From Trichosphaerium sp. ATCC 40318 (lineage: Eukaryota; Protista; Tubulinea): a DNA stretch of 64,000 nt. Location: the NCBI GenBank assembly GCA_038496445.1, contig JALMLS010000320.1:1-64000 (forward strand). Direction: 5' to 3'. Both the position numbers and the translations under genes were made by a program. Below, one piece after another: positions 11,018 through 24,470 of the stretch. The stretch's first letter is position 1. Every line of letters begins with the position of its first letter. Below the pieces are notes generated by a model, which was given only the letters and a program-made list of their open reading frames with translations, did not search any database and was not told where the DNA came from.

Positions 11018-12841
11018 ATGGTGCGAAAAAGGGAGATATACAGAGCGTTGTGCTTAATGTAATGGTTGTTAGATACGCGTACCCACTTTGGCTGAGCTGG
11101 AGAAAGAAAACGCCGTAAATGAAGCCGAGAGTGTTACAGAATTATTGGCTTTCGGTCGTAAGGAGCAAGAACGTAAAAAAAAGGCTACGTTGGTGCGTAT
11201 TAACTAATTTAAAAGTTGCTGTGAGTATCAAAGACAAAAACCCATTAACACTGTCCTTAGGCACATGTGAGGTCTCAAAGGTGCCCAAAAGCAACGTTTA
11301 TGTCTTTGAAATCTTATTGTTGTGTAGAAATGGACCAATTCCGAATAATCGTCGTACAGCGCCAATTCATGCCAATAATACTCGGCAGCGTATGTCATCG
11401 CTACGAGGGTAGTATTTTCCATTTTTCAAAAAACAAAAGTGAAATTCGTTCAACTGTATCTCTTATACATTTAATAGCTCTTGCAAGGGCCAACAGCGCT
11501 CCGATAAACCAAAAAGCGTCGTTTGTTCGAGCGTCATCGCTCCCAAGGCCAATCATGCTGACTTCTAGTCGTAGGTAAGTTTCGTGTTATTATCAGTATT
11601 TGTATTTTAGTCTAACTATAGCCTAGCAATGTGAGAGTTCCATTGGCTCCCGCCAATTCTTCAAGTAAACCAACTACACGTGCTGCCTATGGTCGTACTC
11701 CTCTTCTGATTGCTTCACGTCAGGTCATACAATTATTTTGTTTTGAACATTTATTGTTTTTTTTGCTAACATTTCAGTAAAGAGCGGGAATCCAGTTATA
11801 AAATATATAAAACTCGTCAATACAGCTTTTAATCCCAACCAAACAGCGGATTTTGCGTTTGAACCTGCAGCTGGTGTACTTTATTTAAGGTACACTTGGC
11901 AGTAACGAATTTTGTTTGTACAAGTAACTCTGACACTTTTTTTTACAGTTTGAGGTTTCACATCGGCGATCGTAGTTACATTGATAGGCGTGTCACTAAT
12001 TTATCTTCGAAATATAAGTTCCGCATACTACTTGTGGTAATGGACCTTGTATGTTAACATTTTTTTTTTAATATCTTCATATTTCGTGTTCACACGTGTT
12101 GTAGTACACAGGACAAGATCCTAAAGGCGTTTTGCGTGAACTAAATTTATTTTGCTTCAACCGGAATTTGACAATGATACTTTCATGGAGGTACACTACA
12201 CTTTACTTTTTTTTCTCCCTGCTGGTAAGCAAATTGACTTGGTTTATTTTCATAGCCAGAAGGAAGCAGGTCGTTATTTAGAGACATTCAAGGCGTATGA
12301 ATCGAAGTCATCTAAGATGATTCAAGAGAAAACAGCTGAAGATCACACTGCCCAGGTATGTTGTTAAGTAATTTGTTTTTTTGGTGTTCATGTGCCAACC
12401 AACTGTTGGATTATTACCACTACATTATATCTAATGCTCATGTTTTATGGTTAGGTTATAGAATCTATTACAGCTATACCATCTGTAACAAGTTCTAATG
12501 TGAAAATATTACTCAAAAATTTTGGTGTAAGTATTTTGTTTTTTTCTTGTTTTCAGTTTTTATTCCTTTGGCATTCCTTCTCGTGACCAACTCTTTAGTC
12601 TCTACGTGGAATAATGGGTGCATCAAAGGAACAACTCACTTTATGTCGTGGTGTAGGCAAGAAGCGTGTGCGTGCTCTGTACGATGCATTTCATCAACCG
12701 TTTGTTACAAGTCCAGTAAAGAAGCGTCAAAAAACTTCAGACTCTAAAATGAAGACTGTAACTAGTCTACTTAAAGACAAAAAGGGTGGTACTACAGCCC
12801 TTGACTTGGACGCTTTCAAATACACTGGAGATGACCAGTAA
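11018..12841 (+). CDS. ERCC1: DNA excision repair protein ERCC1/Rad10 (multi-exon)
   Basis: Exons give IASRQ/SGNPVIKYIK, YLSLRFH, ILSW/SQKEAGRYLETFKAYE and the C-terminal HhH2 GSLRGIMGASKEQLTLCRGVGKKRVRALYDAFHQPF. Confidence 0.93.
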
Positions 12842-12949
12842 TATGTAAAATAAAAAAAAGAAAGAACTTTGTACATATTTTTCTCATAGAACCTTTTATT
12901 GTCGTTACTATTTCTGTGAAGTATACAGCTTATTGTTATGCTCGCTTGG

Positions 12950-14405
12950 CTAGAGTGCTGGCATACTATTTTGGTAAGAAATGTCAGTCTTGATGCACTT
13001 AACTTGCGTGGTTATAACATACCGTATACCTCCGTCTAAACGTACAGTAGCACCGTTCATAAAAGTATTCTCAATGAGGGATGTGGCCATTTGTGCGAAT
13101 TCATTGGGATTTCCCATTCTCTTTGGGAACACAGACTTAATCCAATGTTAAGCCTGGGTTTTGGATAGAGAAAATAAACGTACATCTGCAAGCAGTCGCT
13201 TTCGAACTTTTTCCGATGCTGCACGCATCATGGGAGTGCTAAATATCTACATTGCAAGGTTATCCTTATGGTTATTTGAGATTGCGTACGCCAGGAGCTA
13301 TGGTGTTGACACGAATACCATATTGACCAAGCTGAAACTAGTGTCAGGAGGATGATAGGGCATTATCAAAACAATGGTCATGTGTTCTTTTTAATTTTTA
13401 ATGTAGTTTTCATTAAGTACCTCTCGTGCCATAGGGAGTGTCATCGCTACTACTCCTCCTACAGATGATAGCGCATTAATTCAGAAAACAAGTTGCCAAT
13501 AAAAAAAAGAAAAACAATTAATCTTAAAAACTTAGCTTAATTTTTTGGTTAACAATGGTACTCTCTCAGTACGTACCTTTGGATGCAGCATAAGCACATT
13601 GTCCTTGTTGACCTTCATATGCAGCTACTGAAGCAACATTGATAATAACCCCGCGTTCACCTCAACTACAGTGAGCAACTTGAGTTATGAAAATTCACCA
13701 AAAACTTTAATGTTGGGTTTTTTAAATATACCATTAGCGTTTGGCTCCTGCTTTACCATTTGAGCCACTGCAAGCCTGGAAACATTGAAGGCACCGACTA
13801 GGTTAACTTTTATCACCTAACGGTTTTTCTGTAATCAGTAAAAACAAGAGATGACATAACGTACAAAATCAAAAATTTCCAGCGAGTGGATTCCTCGTTT
13901 TGGGCAATACACCTACAAAACAATCAATTGGCCCAAGTTGGTTGAAAACACAAAAACTTTTGCCAACGCCTCAATTGTGCTAATAGAAATGCATGGGTGC
14001 GCTTTTTTGGGCGTCGTAAAGCACAATAAGCTGCTTTGAGGCCAGTTTTTTTTTTGTAGGTGTAATGTATGACACGGTACCTTTGTAGCAGCACTAATGC
14101 CAGCGCAGTTGACTACGCCGTGTATATTCCCAAATCGCTCAACAGTTGCCTCAATAGCTTTTTTTATAGACTCTACAGCGTCTTGTTAACGAAATAACGA
14201 CTGTTAACGTACCCTCGCTTGTAACATCTACTGTAACGAACATTGCGCGTTCATCTCCAACGCGTTTCGCTACAATTTGGCCTCTCTCTTCGTCTCTATC
14301 GAAAATAGCGATTTTAGCACCTTTGCTAGCCAATGACATTGTAGTGGCTTCACCCAACCCCGAAGAGCCTCCTGTGACTATAAATACACTACCTGGAATG
14401 CGCAT
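12950..14405 (-). CDS. HSD17B10: 3-hydroxyacyl-CoA dehydrogenase type-2 (SDR family; multi-exon)
   Basis: [59 protein letters not shown] and [16 protein letters not shown]. Confidence 0.93.
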
Positions 14406-14682
14406 CACTTCCTTGTTTTAACACGTGTGTTGCGTGGTACTTATTTCGTAAAGTTTTTATTTTCGTCAAATCCTTCCTTAATTGCTGCATGTCGCAGACT
14501 TTTTACCGCTTCTCACCACTATTCTTCATTTAACGTCTTCTATGGTATTTGATAGCTACTAATGACATTTGAAGAACAGAAAAAAGTGACATGTTGCTTT
14601 TTTCTTTGAGATTGTAAGATAACAACTAGGTCGTTTGTTTTCAATAATCAGCGCTATTGCACTTAAAGTTTTAATTTTATAT

Positions 14683-16390
14683 TTATCTTCTACTTCTACG
14701 ACTTTTCTTTTTTTCTTCAGGTGCACTATCTCCTCTTTTATGTGCTTTCTTCCTATCAATACGAGCTTTAAGATTTGCTTCACGTGTTTTCTGTTTTTTG
14801 TTGATCTCATCCTCAACTTGCTTGAGTCTCTCGGCCCTAAAATAGAGTGTCAATCACAGCGCATATGTCATGTAGCTTGTTGGTTTTTTTTTGAGAAAGT
14901 GTTTTATAGTCTCGTACCAGTTCTTCCTGCTCTTTTCTTTTTCCTTCTTTCTGCGTTTCACACGTTTTTCTAAGACCTTGATTGGCGCCTCTGGTTTTTG
15001 ACCTTGTGCTCCGCCAAAGGCCTTCTTCCAAACATCTTCTTGCTTTGCTTTCTATTTGATAGTTAATAAGCAAGTGCTTTATTGTTTATTTATCAAAAAA
15101 ACTAAAGAATAACTTACTGCTGCATCTGTGCTTGACATTTGGTCCAATGTTCTCTTTCGTGATTTTGCCTGTGCTCTAATAAGCCTATTTTGATATTTGG
15201 ACAGTAACATACCTTTTCTAAAGCGCGAACGTCCTTATTTTTACCACGTCTTCCACCTTCAATAACATAGTCTGGAACATTTCTTCCACCATCTGAAAAC
15301 TCGAATGTACCAAATTGAATATCGGTTTGTTCTTCCTTTTCTTGTTCTGGGGCAGCCACTTTATCTATGAACAAGTTATAACCACATTTTACATCATCAA
15401 GGGGCCACTAGTTGCCACAATCTTTTTTTTCGCAAAAAGAAAAAAATTATCTTCATGATTTCTTTCTCAGTGTGCATAGAAAGCTGTATACAAAGGCACG
15501 TACCTTGACCACGTTCAATTTTCGCTTTGAGATTATTCTGAGTCCTATTAGGGTATAATTTAGTTACAGTCATTGACAAGAAGTGAATGAAATTTGACAT
15601 ACTTTTCGTGTTTTTTCCTTCTGTTTGTAATACGTTGTTGTCTTGTGTATTCGACTCTATCTGGCCTTGTCTTTTTCTTTTCACGTCCTACATATTTGTT
15701 AGAATATTCTCATGTCCCACAGTGCAGTTTAATGAGGTTAACTTACCGAAGAGAGCTTTTTCGGCTTTTCTTTTGTTTGGCTTCATTTTGTTCACTGCAC
15801 TAGGAGGTAATGCACGCATTTTATGCGCCAACGCGTTTGGTGTGAGTAAAGACTTGCTAAGATTTGGGATTTCGGCCATTTCTTCAATTTCGTCTATCTC
15901 GTCGTCTGACATATCATCCTATAACGTTGTAAATGCACGTACTTATTGTAATAGCTATTGAGCGTACGTCATCAATGTCACCATTTACCAAAGATTGGAA
16001 TCGGCCGTATGTGTTTAAAACACTGTAAAATGTAGACTGTACCGCATTAGAGATAATGTGGTAACACTACAAACGTTGAAGGGTGAAACGTACGTGATTT
16101 AAGTTTTTACTTCCTAAAACCTCAGATATTTTTGCTTTACGCTCCTTCGTTACGTTTTTCTTTTGTTTTTGCTAATTTACGTTATTTTCTGCTGTCGTTC
16201 GCAAAAACAAAAGCCATACAATGAAAGCGTGCATCTCATCAAGTTCCTCTGGTCTGAAATATACGCTACCAGGTATAATGGAGCACATATTTTTAAAATC
16301 TGTAAAATAAACAAATTAGCTTCTGTAGAACCCCAGAGTATTTTATGTACATTTGTCATCCTCCAATATGGCAGCTTGTAAGTCTTCCAT
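14683..16390 (-). CDS. SURF6: Surfeit locus protein 6 / RRP14 ribosome biogenesis factor (multi-exon)
   Basis: N-terminal RRP14-like MEDLQAAILEDDKYFKNMCSIIPGSVYF, IQFGTFEFSD, and a basic C-terminus ERLKQVEDEINKKQKTREANLKARIDRKK. Confidence 0.75.
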
Positions 16391-16460
16391 GGCTACAACA
16401 GTTTTGCTTTTTACAGATTTTGACTCTCATTTTTTTTTGCAGTCAAAACCATTTTGTCGC

Positions 16461-17009
16461 ATGTTACGTCGAGCACTTGTTTCAAGAGTGAACTATAGTG
16501 GTCGCTCATACCATTCTAACGTTGTGGTACAGCGTACAAGGCGTACGAATGTTAAAACATTGTGCGTTGTTTTTAGACCATAAAAAAGCGTTCAATTCGC
16601 GTAATAGACGCGTTCTAGACGTGCAAATGACATTGAGCTTATTAGTTGTTTTAAAGGCAAGTTAAACGGACACAAATGCGTATTTCTGGCGCTAGAGGAT
16701 ATCATACATCCCTACGGTTAGCAGATGATGACATTCCAATGGAGCAAATAAACGCCGATCTATTTCGCCGCATCAAGAAGGACAACGAAGCGCGAGCGCG
16801 TGAGAAAGCTGAAGAAAATAAAAAAAAGGAGACTGAAGTCAAAATAGAAGAAGAGCAAGCCGAAGAAACAATAAACACTGAAACAGGTAATAGCTAATGA
16901 ACTCAGTCATTTACTAATGTTATAATAAGGTGAGCGAGGCGGACCAAAGGGACCTGATCCAACTCGTCATGGTGATTGGGAGCGTAAAGGACGTTGTTAT
17001 GACTTTTGA
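16461..17009 (+). CDS. SDHAF4: Succinate dehydrogenase assembly factor 4 (Sdh8/DUF1674), mitochondrial
   Basis: Arg-rich presequence MLRRALVSR. The last exon reads GERGGPKGPDPTRHGDWERKGRCYDF*. Confidence 0.92.
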
Positions 17010-17625
17010 AAAGGTGTACACGTGCTACTATGTAAATAAAAGGAAAATAGTACTTACGCTCTTATTGTTGCCCACAGGCGTTGTAAACAATATCCAGGTC
17101 AGTGTCAGTTACTATCACGTGATAAACTTCAAAAAGTGACACTTGTTTGTTGCAAGTTTGCTGAGTAAGAGAACACAGCATTAACTGCAAAAACTATTAT
17201 GGTCTTTGGAGTTACAAAGTGTTATGATTTGCGATGGCGCTGTGGTAATGTTGTCTAGTGTTTGTGTTCGCAGAGTGTTTGTGTAGTAATTGAGTTAGCG
17301 TACTTTTCACAGATGTAGCTGAGTTTGTCATTGAACAATCCGAGATGATGTCGAGAGCCTTCAGTGGATCTTGATGGCAGCAACCTTGATGGCTTGTATC
17401 TTTTTAGAAGTGTTTCCGCCCATAACGTAAATTGTAGTTAAAAGAGCTTGACTTGTTGTACCTTCTCAAAGACTGAATTCTTAATCTGGCTTAACTAATT
17501 TCGTTATCACGTGATTGATGGCACTTGACTTTTTTGCGAAGCCCTGACCAACTTTTCTTTCCATTATTGTAATATTTAATAAAAAAAGGCACTTGTTGTT
17601 ACAAATACAGTCCAAGTGTGAATAG

Positions 17626-19399
17626 ATGACAAGAATAACTGTGTTAATAAAGTACGTTGGCCTTTATTTTATTTTGGCGCTGTCAGGTATTTTAGGTGCG
17701 TGTATAGCGGGTTTGCAGTAATCAAATAAAAAAATTCTTACCCAGATCTAGCGATGCCACCAAATGGTGATTCTGCTCACTTTGAAGGCGATGGAACGAA
17801 GCTAAACGGCGGTTTGTATGTGGATCTTCATCTTAACTTTGATACCATCTCTATCGGGGCTTGGATTTACTACGACTACACCATGTAAGTATGCGCGTAT
17901 GATGAGTATTTTAACTCCAAAAAGGGATGTATGTGTTGATTGCATACATGCCATTCTCGCCACAAAACCGCTCGACGATACACCTGGTATAATTTTTGGT
18001 GTGAGGGACGAAATTGGTGGTCCAGGAGAAGCGTTATTTTTCAAAATTGGTGACGCTGAAGTTAAGAATGAAACCCACGCTATTACAACAAAAAGTTGGG
18101 TACGTTACCCCTTTCTTCTTCAAACCAATTAGAACTCAATGACAAACAGTATTATGTGTATTTTTCTGTATCCCATTCCTCAGGCGAGGTACGAATGCAA
18201 TCCTTGGCTAGTCGGGACCCGTTTTCTAGTGACTACTCAACAGATTATCCCCCGATGCCAGGTATTGAGCACTCGATAGAGGTAGGGCAAGCAATGCAAC
18301 AAGTAAACAACTAATCTTGTTTACGTCATAGACTGGATTTTATTTGGGTGCTATACCAACTAATACATCAGAAACGGCACATGGATTCAATGTATTCGTG
18401 CTTGTTTGTTATATTTTGTTAACTTACTAAAGGGACAAATTGATGAATTGCGTATATGGAACCGCACGTTTTCACATAGCGAAGTTGAACAAATAGCGAA
18501 TTATAATATACCACTTGCTGACGATGGCTTGGTTTTTTATTATGATTTCGAGCATGATTTTATTCCTACGTTTCCGGATGCTGTTAAGGTGGATGGGATT
18601 GGGCTGCCTCCAACAATCTCACAAGTGTAAAAAGATGTTAGCAAACCTAAATAAGCTAATCAGAAGTAGGACAGACTTCTCCTTGGTTCCACTTCCACCA
18701 TATACAATACCTCCGTCACTGGAACCGACGCCTCCTTCAGAAGCGCCACTGGGTCCGTCGATACCGCCAACTCCTTCCTTGATACCATCTACACAGCCTA
18801 CTCCCCAAGATATGTTGCCAGTAAACTTACAGTTCGTCAAAGAGGAGATTATCATTGGCGACCTTGTTCTCAATGTGAATCATTCATTAACATTCCGTGC
18901 TAATGGGGTACTAAACGTTACTGGCACGTGTTTATAAGTCTATTCTGGATTTGACTTTCTAACAAGCTAAAAAGGGTGCTTTGATCCAGCAGGAGGTAAA
19001 CTTATTGTTCATTCCGATTCAGCTGATGAACGTGAGTTATCGTTGATACACTATAATTGTTCTAGCGATGTGGTTGGTAGATTTTCATCTATCGAAGTGG
19101 TCGGTAGTGATTCTTGTCAGTCACAAACATACAAAGAAAGATGGAGTTCTACAAAGTTCTCATTATTGCTATCATCGAATAGTAATTGCATAAAGTGGTG
19201 GGGCTACCTATTCATCGTTGTAGCAGTTCTGGTTGTGTTTTTAATCATTGTAGTTATGCTTGTTGCCTACTACGTTCCTGTACGGTTATACGTGTTGCTT
19301 GTTTAGTACATATGCTTGTTGTAATCGACTATATAGGCTGTTAATGAGCGCATATTCCCATTCATTTTTAGAACAAACACAAGGAATGTGACCACGTGA
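17626..19399 (+). CDS. Type I membrane protein with LamG/concanavalin-A-like domain, Pro-rich linker and C-terminal TM helix
   Basis: GFN/GQIDELRIWNRTFSHSEV...DGLVFYYDF (LamG3 motif), a PPSLEPTPPS linker and the TM segment YLFIVVAVLVVFLIIVVMLVAYYV. Confidence 0.75.
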
Positions 19400-19720
19400 A
19401 AAGATGAGCAATTTGCATGCAGGTAGTCTTTTCATGTTGTTAGTACCATCTAACGACACAAGTGTGTTTAGGTTAAACGTGTATGCGATCAGTGAAAATA
19501 AAGCTAGCTGATTTCCTAATCTCAAATAGAGTCTATTAGCGCGTTGTGAGGCTAGGGTTGATACGAGCGTTATTTTATTGTTTAACCTCGCTATGACCTC
19601 GTCAATACTGTTCAATCATAAAAATAATAATAACAACCTACACCAACGCGCAAGCTGTGGTTTAAGGGTAATAAACGGCCACACGAGTAACTAGTAGGCC
19701 TGTACAGAAAATAAGCTAAA

Positions 19721-22700
19721 ATGGGCGATCAGGGCTTTGGTTTTAACGGTGGCTTTGAGACATCGCCGTGGGTACCTGGAGATAATGAAATGAGCGATTT
19801 TGATGTAAAAATGGGGTGCGTACAACTAAACAGTTTTTCTTCATCGCGACGGTGGTTACGTCGCGTATGCTTTAACGAACGCGGTTTGGGCTAAATTGTG
19901 CCTTAATAATTAACGTATTAACCCAGACGCTCGGCACCATATCAGTTGCTGTTAGTGGTGCCTTCATACAGAATTATTTGCATTTTCTTTTGTTTTTTAA
20001 AACGCACCGCCGAACAGACGCCAGAAAATCTATTTAACACGCCCATTAACCAACTACCCGCTATTCCTGTAACGTATTTTTAATTTTCTTTTTCGTCTCA
20101 GGCTCTTGCGTGGTAGCGACGATCCACTGTTTATCCCTCAGCAGCAAGTCAATGCACCAATCATTACACCCTCAACAGGCGGTTTAAATTTTGGCACCGC
20201 ACAGCCTCTCTTCGGTGGTCAACCGTCAATCACACCAAGTACGTAAAAATAACTTCTTCTATTTTTTGTGAACGCTGTTCGTTATGATTTATCTCGTTAT
20301 ACAGCCGCGGAACCATTCATAAACAGCCAACCTATGACACCTGGTGGTATGTCATTTGATTACAGCGGTCTCAACGGAAATAACTCTGCTGGCTTGGGGA
20401 ACAGTATGGGGAATATGGGCAATATGGGTGGTATGAGTGGGATGGGAAGTATGGGCGGCATGGGATTTTCGACGCCAAAAAATGAGTAAGAAGAAAAGTT
20501 TAAACTTATTTTTTTTTCTCAAAAGTTTTATTTTTTTGTTGGTGTTGTATAGCGTTAATGGGTATATAGGCAAAATGTAAACATGATAAATAACCCAGGA
20601 AACATGCAAGCAAGTCCTAGCCTATCATTTGAGGTACCTTGAGGCTTATCAAGAGCGTAGTTCAGTGAAAACCGCACTTCTGTTTTATTTATTTATTTAT
20701 TGACCTAAATTTGCTATGGTGGTATTGACGCATATTTAGCAAGTTATTGCGGTTTCTCCTGAAGAAAAACAACAATACCAGAGTGCTATAAAAGTGAGCC
20801 ATTTTAGTCGAAAATTATAATCTGTGAAGTGAAGTGTTTGCTAACTTTTTAACTTCTTTAAGCTTATACAAGATATTCTACAAGTTAAAGTAAAACAAAA
20901 AGAGCAACTAGAACAAATACGTCATCAGCAAGTAAAGTTTCTTCAAGGTGATCCAACTGTCGGTCATGACCAGCTTTCACAAGCACAAGAAGGTTTATTA
21001 CAACAAATACGATATGAAATACAGAGGTAGGATGAATGATCCGTTATTGGGTTTTTTTCTGAAACAACTACGGGAATTCTCAGTATTTTTCATTTTTTGT
21101 GTTTTGTTTTCAGTGCACGTAATAGTCCCTTGGTTTGCTTTAGTTTTTATTTTCTGTTTGTTTGCTGAAATTCTATTTTTTTGTTCTTACTTTGGGTTTA
21201 GATTAACGGAGTGTTGTTGCTCTGTAGTGTTTGAGGCGGATGTCCATTTTGTTATGGTGAATTTGATCAGGGATTTACGTATACAAGGCTATGAACTACG
21301 TCTTCTTCAGGAAGAGTGCCGTAATATAAACAACCCTCAAGTGTACGCTCAATACTTTTTTGTTCAGTCAGCATTCGAAACGAAATTTCGCTTATTCTTG
21401 ATTTTAAAGGCTTGCATCCATTGTTATAGAAGAACAACCGTTATCTCAAGTTATATTCAAGACTAAACAAACATTTGAACCTTATGGTGTGCGACTCATA
21501 ACATCAACTATGGCTCCAATTGAGCAGTGTTCTGCGTAAGTAACTTGATTTTTTTTTCTTGATTTTCTTTTTTTTCACTCTCACTCACCTTGAGTTTCCA
21601 GTGTATCAGTATTTTTACAAGCAAGAAAAGATGATAAAAGTAAGCGTAAAGTACCAAATCTTAACAATGGTCTTATTGGGAGTGTATCTGAAATGGATCG
21701 GATGCAAAAAAGAGCAGTTTTTCATTCATTGAAAGCTAGCGTTTCAACGAGTATGCATATGGTTAATAATATTTTTACAATGCAGGTATGTATTGTTAAT
21801 TGGATGGCTTTTGTACAAAATGTTACCATCGTCTGGTTAAACGGATATTGGCTTGTAGGAGTGTAAACTTATCTCATTTTTTTCTTCATTTAGATTAAGT
21901 CTCAAGGTGTTGTACAAACTCTTGAATCACGACCAAGTAATACATTTGTTGTTATAACAAATGAGAGTCAATGGTCTCAGGCTGCAGGTAAAATATTCAT
22001 GGTAGAAGTATTTGCTGGCCAAGGTACTTCGCTCAAGTCTGAAAACTTCGTACTTACTTATTTTATATAGATCAAACACAAGCTGCATGGCCACAAGTTG
22101 CCAATAAATTACACAGCATATTTGTCACAGCAACAAGGCAAAAGCCTCAATGCCCTACCCGACCTTTGCAGTTATACGAGTTCAAATACCTCCGAAGTAA
22201 ATATGTCAGAGGTACTTTGTCACATTCTTGTTTTTTTCTTTGATCTGAAAGAAATGCAGGTTAATAATAAACTTTTAGGGTTGGATTCGAAATTGACTAG
22301 GAACCAAGCTACTGCTTTATGGAATTGGTTCGGACCTGTCATGCAATGTATTCGTTTTAAGAGACATGTATGTACGCTTTGGCAGAAGGGATATATTTTT
22401 GGATTTTTGACAAAAGATACTTGTTCTTCTATCCTTGGTATGTATCCTGCTGGTACATTCATGATACGCTTCTCAGAAAGCAACCCAGGTACGATTTTCG
22501 CACAATGATTTTGTTGTCTTTTTTTCAAACAAGCACTCTGCTCATCGTTGCTTTGTCGATAAGTGTGCCTCTTTATGCTTTGTATTCATTGTTTTAATAG
22601 GATTGTTTGGTCTTGCTTATGTTGAGGCTGGTGAAAATGGTGGTCAAGAAGTTCAGCACTACCTCGTGAAAGAGGAGGATACTGGATCAAACAAGTCTCT

Positions 22701-22857
22701 TCCTGATTTTATCCGTGAAAAATCACAGTTTGTGCAGCTACTTACATTGCCTAATTTACAGCTCCTTCCTAAAGATGAAGCATTTCTTGGGTTATATGCA
22801 AAGAGGAGGAGGACAAGAGGCGATGGACCTCCTGTTGGATACAGCGATTTAAAGTAA
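19721..22857 (+). CDS. STAT-family transcription factor, amoebozoan type (coiled-coil, DNA-binding, linker, SH2, C-terminal Tyr)
   Basis: IVIEEQPLSQVIFK, ESRPSNTFVVITNESQW, the SH2 segment LWQKGYIFGFLTK...GTFMIRFSESNPG/LFGLAYV, and a C-terminal PVGYSDLK*. Confidence 0.88.
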
Positions 22858-23024
22858 CTGACAGAAATAATTACACGTGTATGTAAAAAGCAAAAGAAAA
22901 AAAAAATCAAATTCTTCAAGCATGGAGTTGAATCGTTTTGTCCACAAATTGTCGCTGGAAAATCAATCAACTTTTTGTTCCTATTGATTTGTGCCTAAGG
23001 AGGTAAAACTCTTTTTTAGTTAGA

Positions 23025-24470
23025 GCAGCTTAGTTTTATTCATAAAAACCCTCTGTTTCCAAGCAGTGAGTTCCATTGCGATTAAGTCATTGCTGTGGCC
23101 ACTCTGAACAATGTAAGTTAAGGAGTACCCAAGGTATACTTTTTTCCAACAATCTCATAGTTTGTGAAGTTCCGTGCTATCTTCTCCCGTTGTTTAAAAG
23201 CGGCAAATTGGTAAATCTTATCTTATTCTGTCATTTTGAAATTTCAATAACTTTCAATCCCACAATTTAACCACCGTGGTGTTTTTGCGATTTAAATACA
23301 TGTTTTTTGTTATATTCTAAACAGAGATGCATAGTAGATGTGCTCCACTTCCCAACGTGGCATACCTGAGTTTATACTTCGAATTGGTTCAATTAATACC
23401 TCGGGTTGCCAGTGCGATTGTAATTATACTTCGTAAATCTTGCCAAAGCAATCAATCGCATTCATGCGTTGGGAAAATCATACTTCGTTGCATTGCAACG
23501 AAGGAGCTTCCGCTTCTTCGTAATAAATTGGCGCTCTATGGTGCTAAAGCACTGTTTGAGCCCACTTTCCTATGGGGCACGCTACGCTACCACCTCTTTT
23601 TTCGATGTTGTCTTAACTTACAGCCTAAAGTTAATCACGTGTATTCTTTTTTTTTTAAGTTATAACTTGAACAGAAAGTAACCAAGAAACTTGCTTTTAT
23701 TTCCTAGTCGCTTGTTTATCGCGTTATGCACCACAGATGGTATATATGAGTTAGACCAATCCCTCAATCCCAACAAAAGGCAGTGTAAGACGATCTGGGA
23801 GGAAAAAGGAACACTGTACCTGACCGATAGCCCTGGCGCAGAGCGAGCGTGTATGTATACAACACGGTAGCGAATGCAAAAGAAAACAAAATAAAAGGAA
23901 AATCCTGAAATGTTCAGACATTACCTTGTAATTTTCTTGATTTGGTTAATCCTTCTAGAAAAGACAATCTCTTTACTTCTGAACGCAGTTTGCACGATAA
24001 GATAACGTTATATTTAATTCTTATGTCACTGGACTACTCATCAAAGATTTTAGATCCAGTTACTGTCATACACCAAGTCTAAAAACATAAAGGTTATTTT
24101 GACGTCAACTTTAAAAATCACAACAAAATGATTTTTTTTTCCAAATAAAAAAAAGTTCGTTATCGGTACCTTACAATCAATAGCGTAACCCTGTGTTCCG
24201 TTTTAAGGTTTAAAACTACCACCAAAAGTGACGTGGCAACATTGAAATATACTTCATGCCCTCTGTACGCAGATGTTAAAAAAAACCATAGATCAACAGC
24301 AAACTGTTTTTGTACCGATTTCATAGCCAAAGGTGTGCAAATGACGTACAGGCCATGTGAATTTTGATATAGGTTGTATGATTCCATGATCTTATTTAAT
24401 CACACATTACCCTGCGTCATCGACCAGACTAGTCCAAACGAGAAGCAAATCTGCTTTGGTGAATATGAAT
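23025..24470 (-). CDS. Possible multi-exon hypothetical gene
   Basis: Short open stretches bounded by GT...AG on the minus strand (e.g. ESGLKQCFSTIERQFITKKRKLLRCNATK, IYQFAAFKQREKIARNFTNYEIVGKKYTL). No recognisable domain. Confidence 0.25.

Noticed and set aside
14559-14816. Track ORF taken as the SURF6 C-terminus
   Set aside because: A different frame (ERLKQVEDEINKKQKTREANLKAR) fits the SURF6 consensus.
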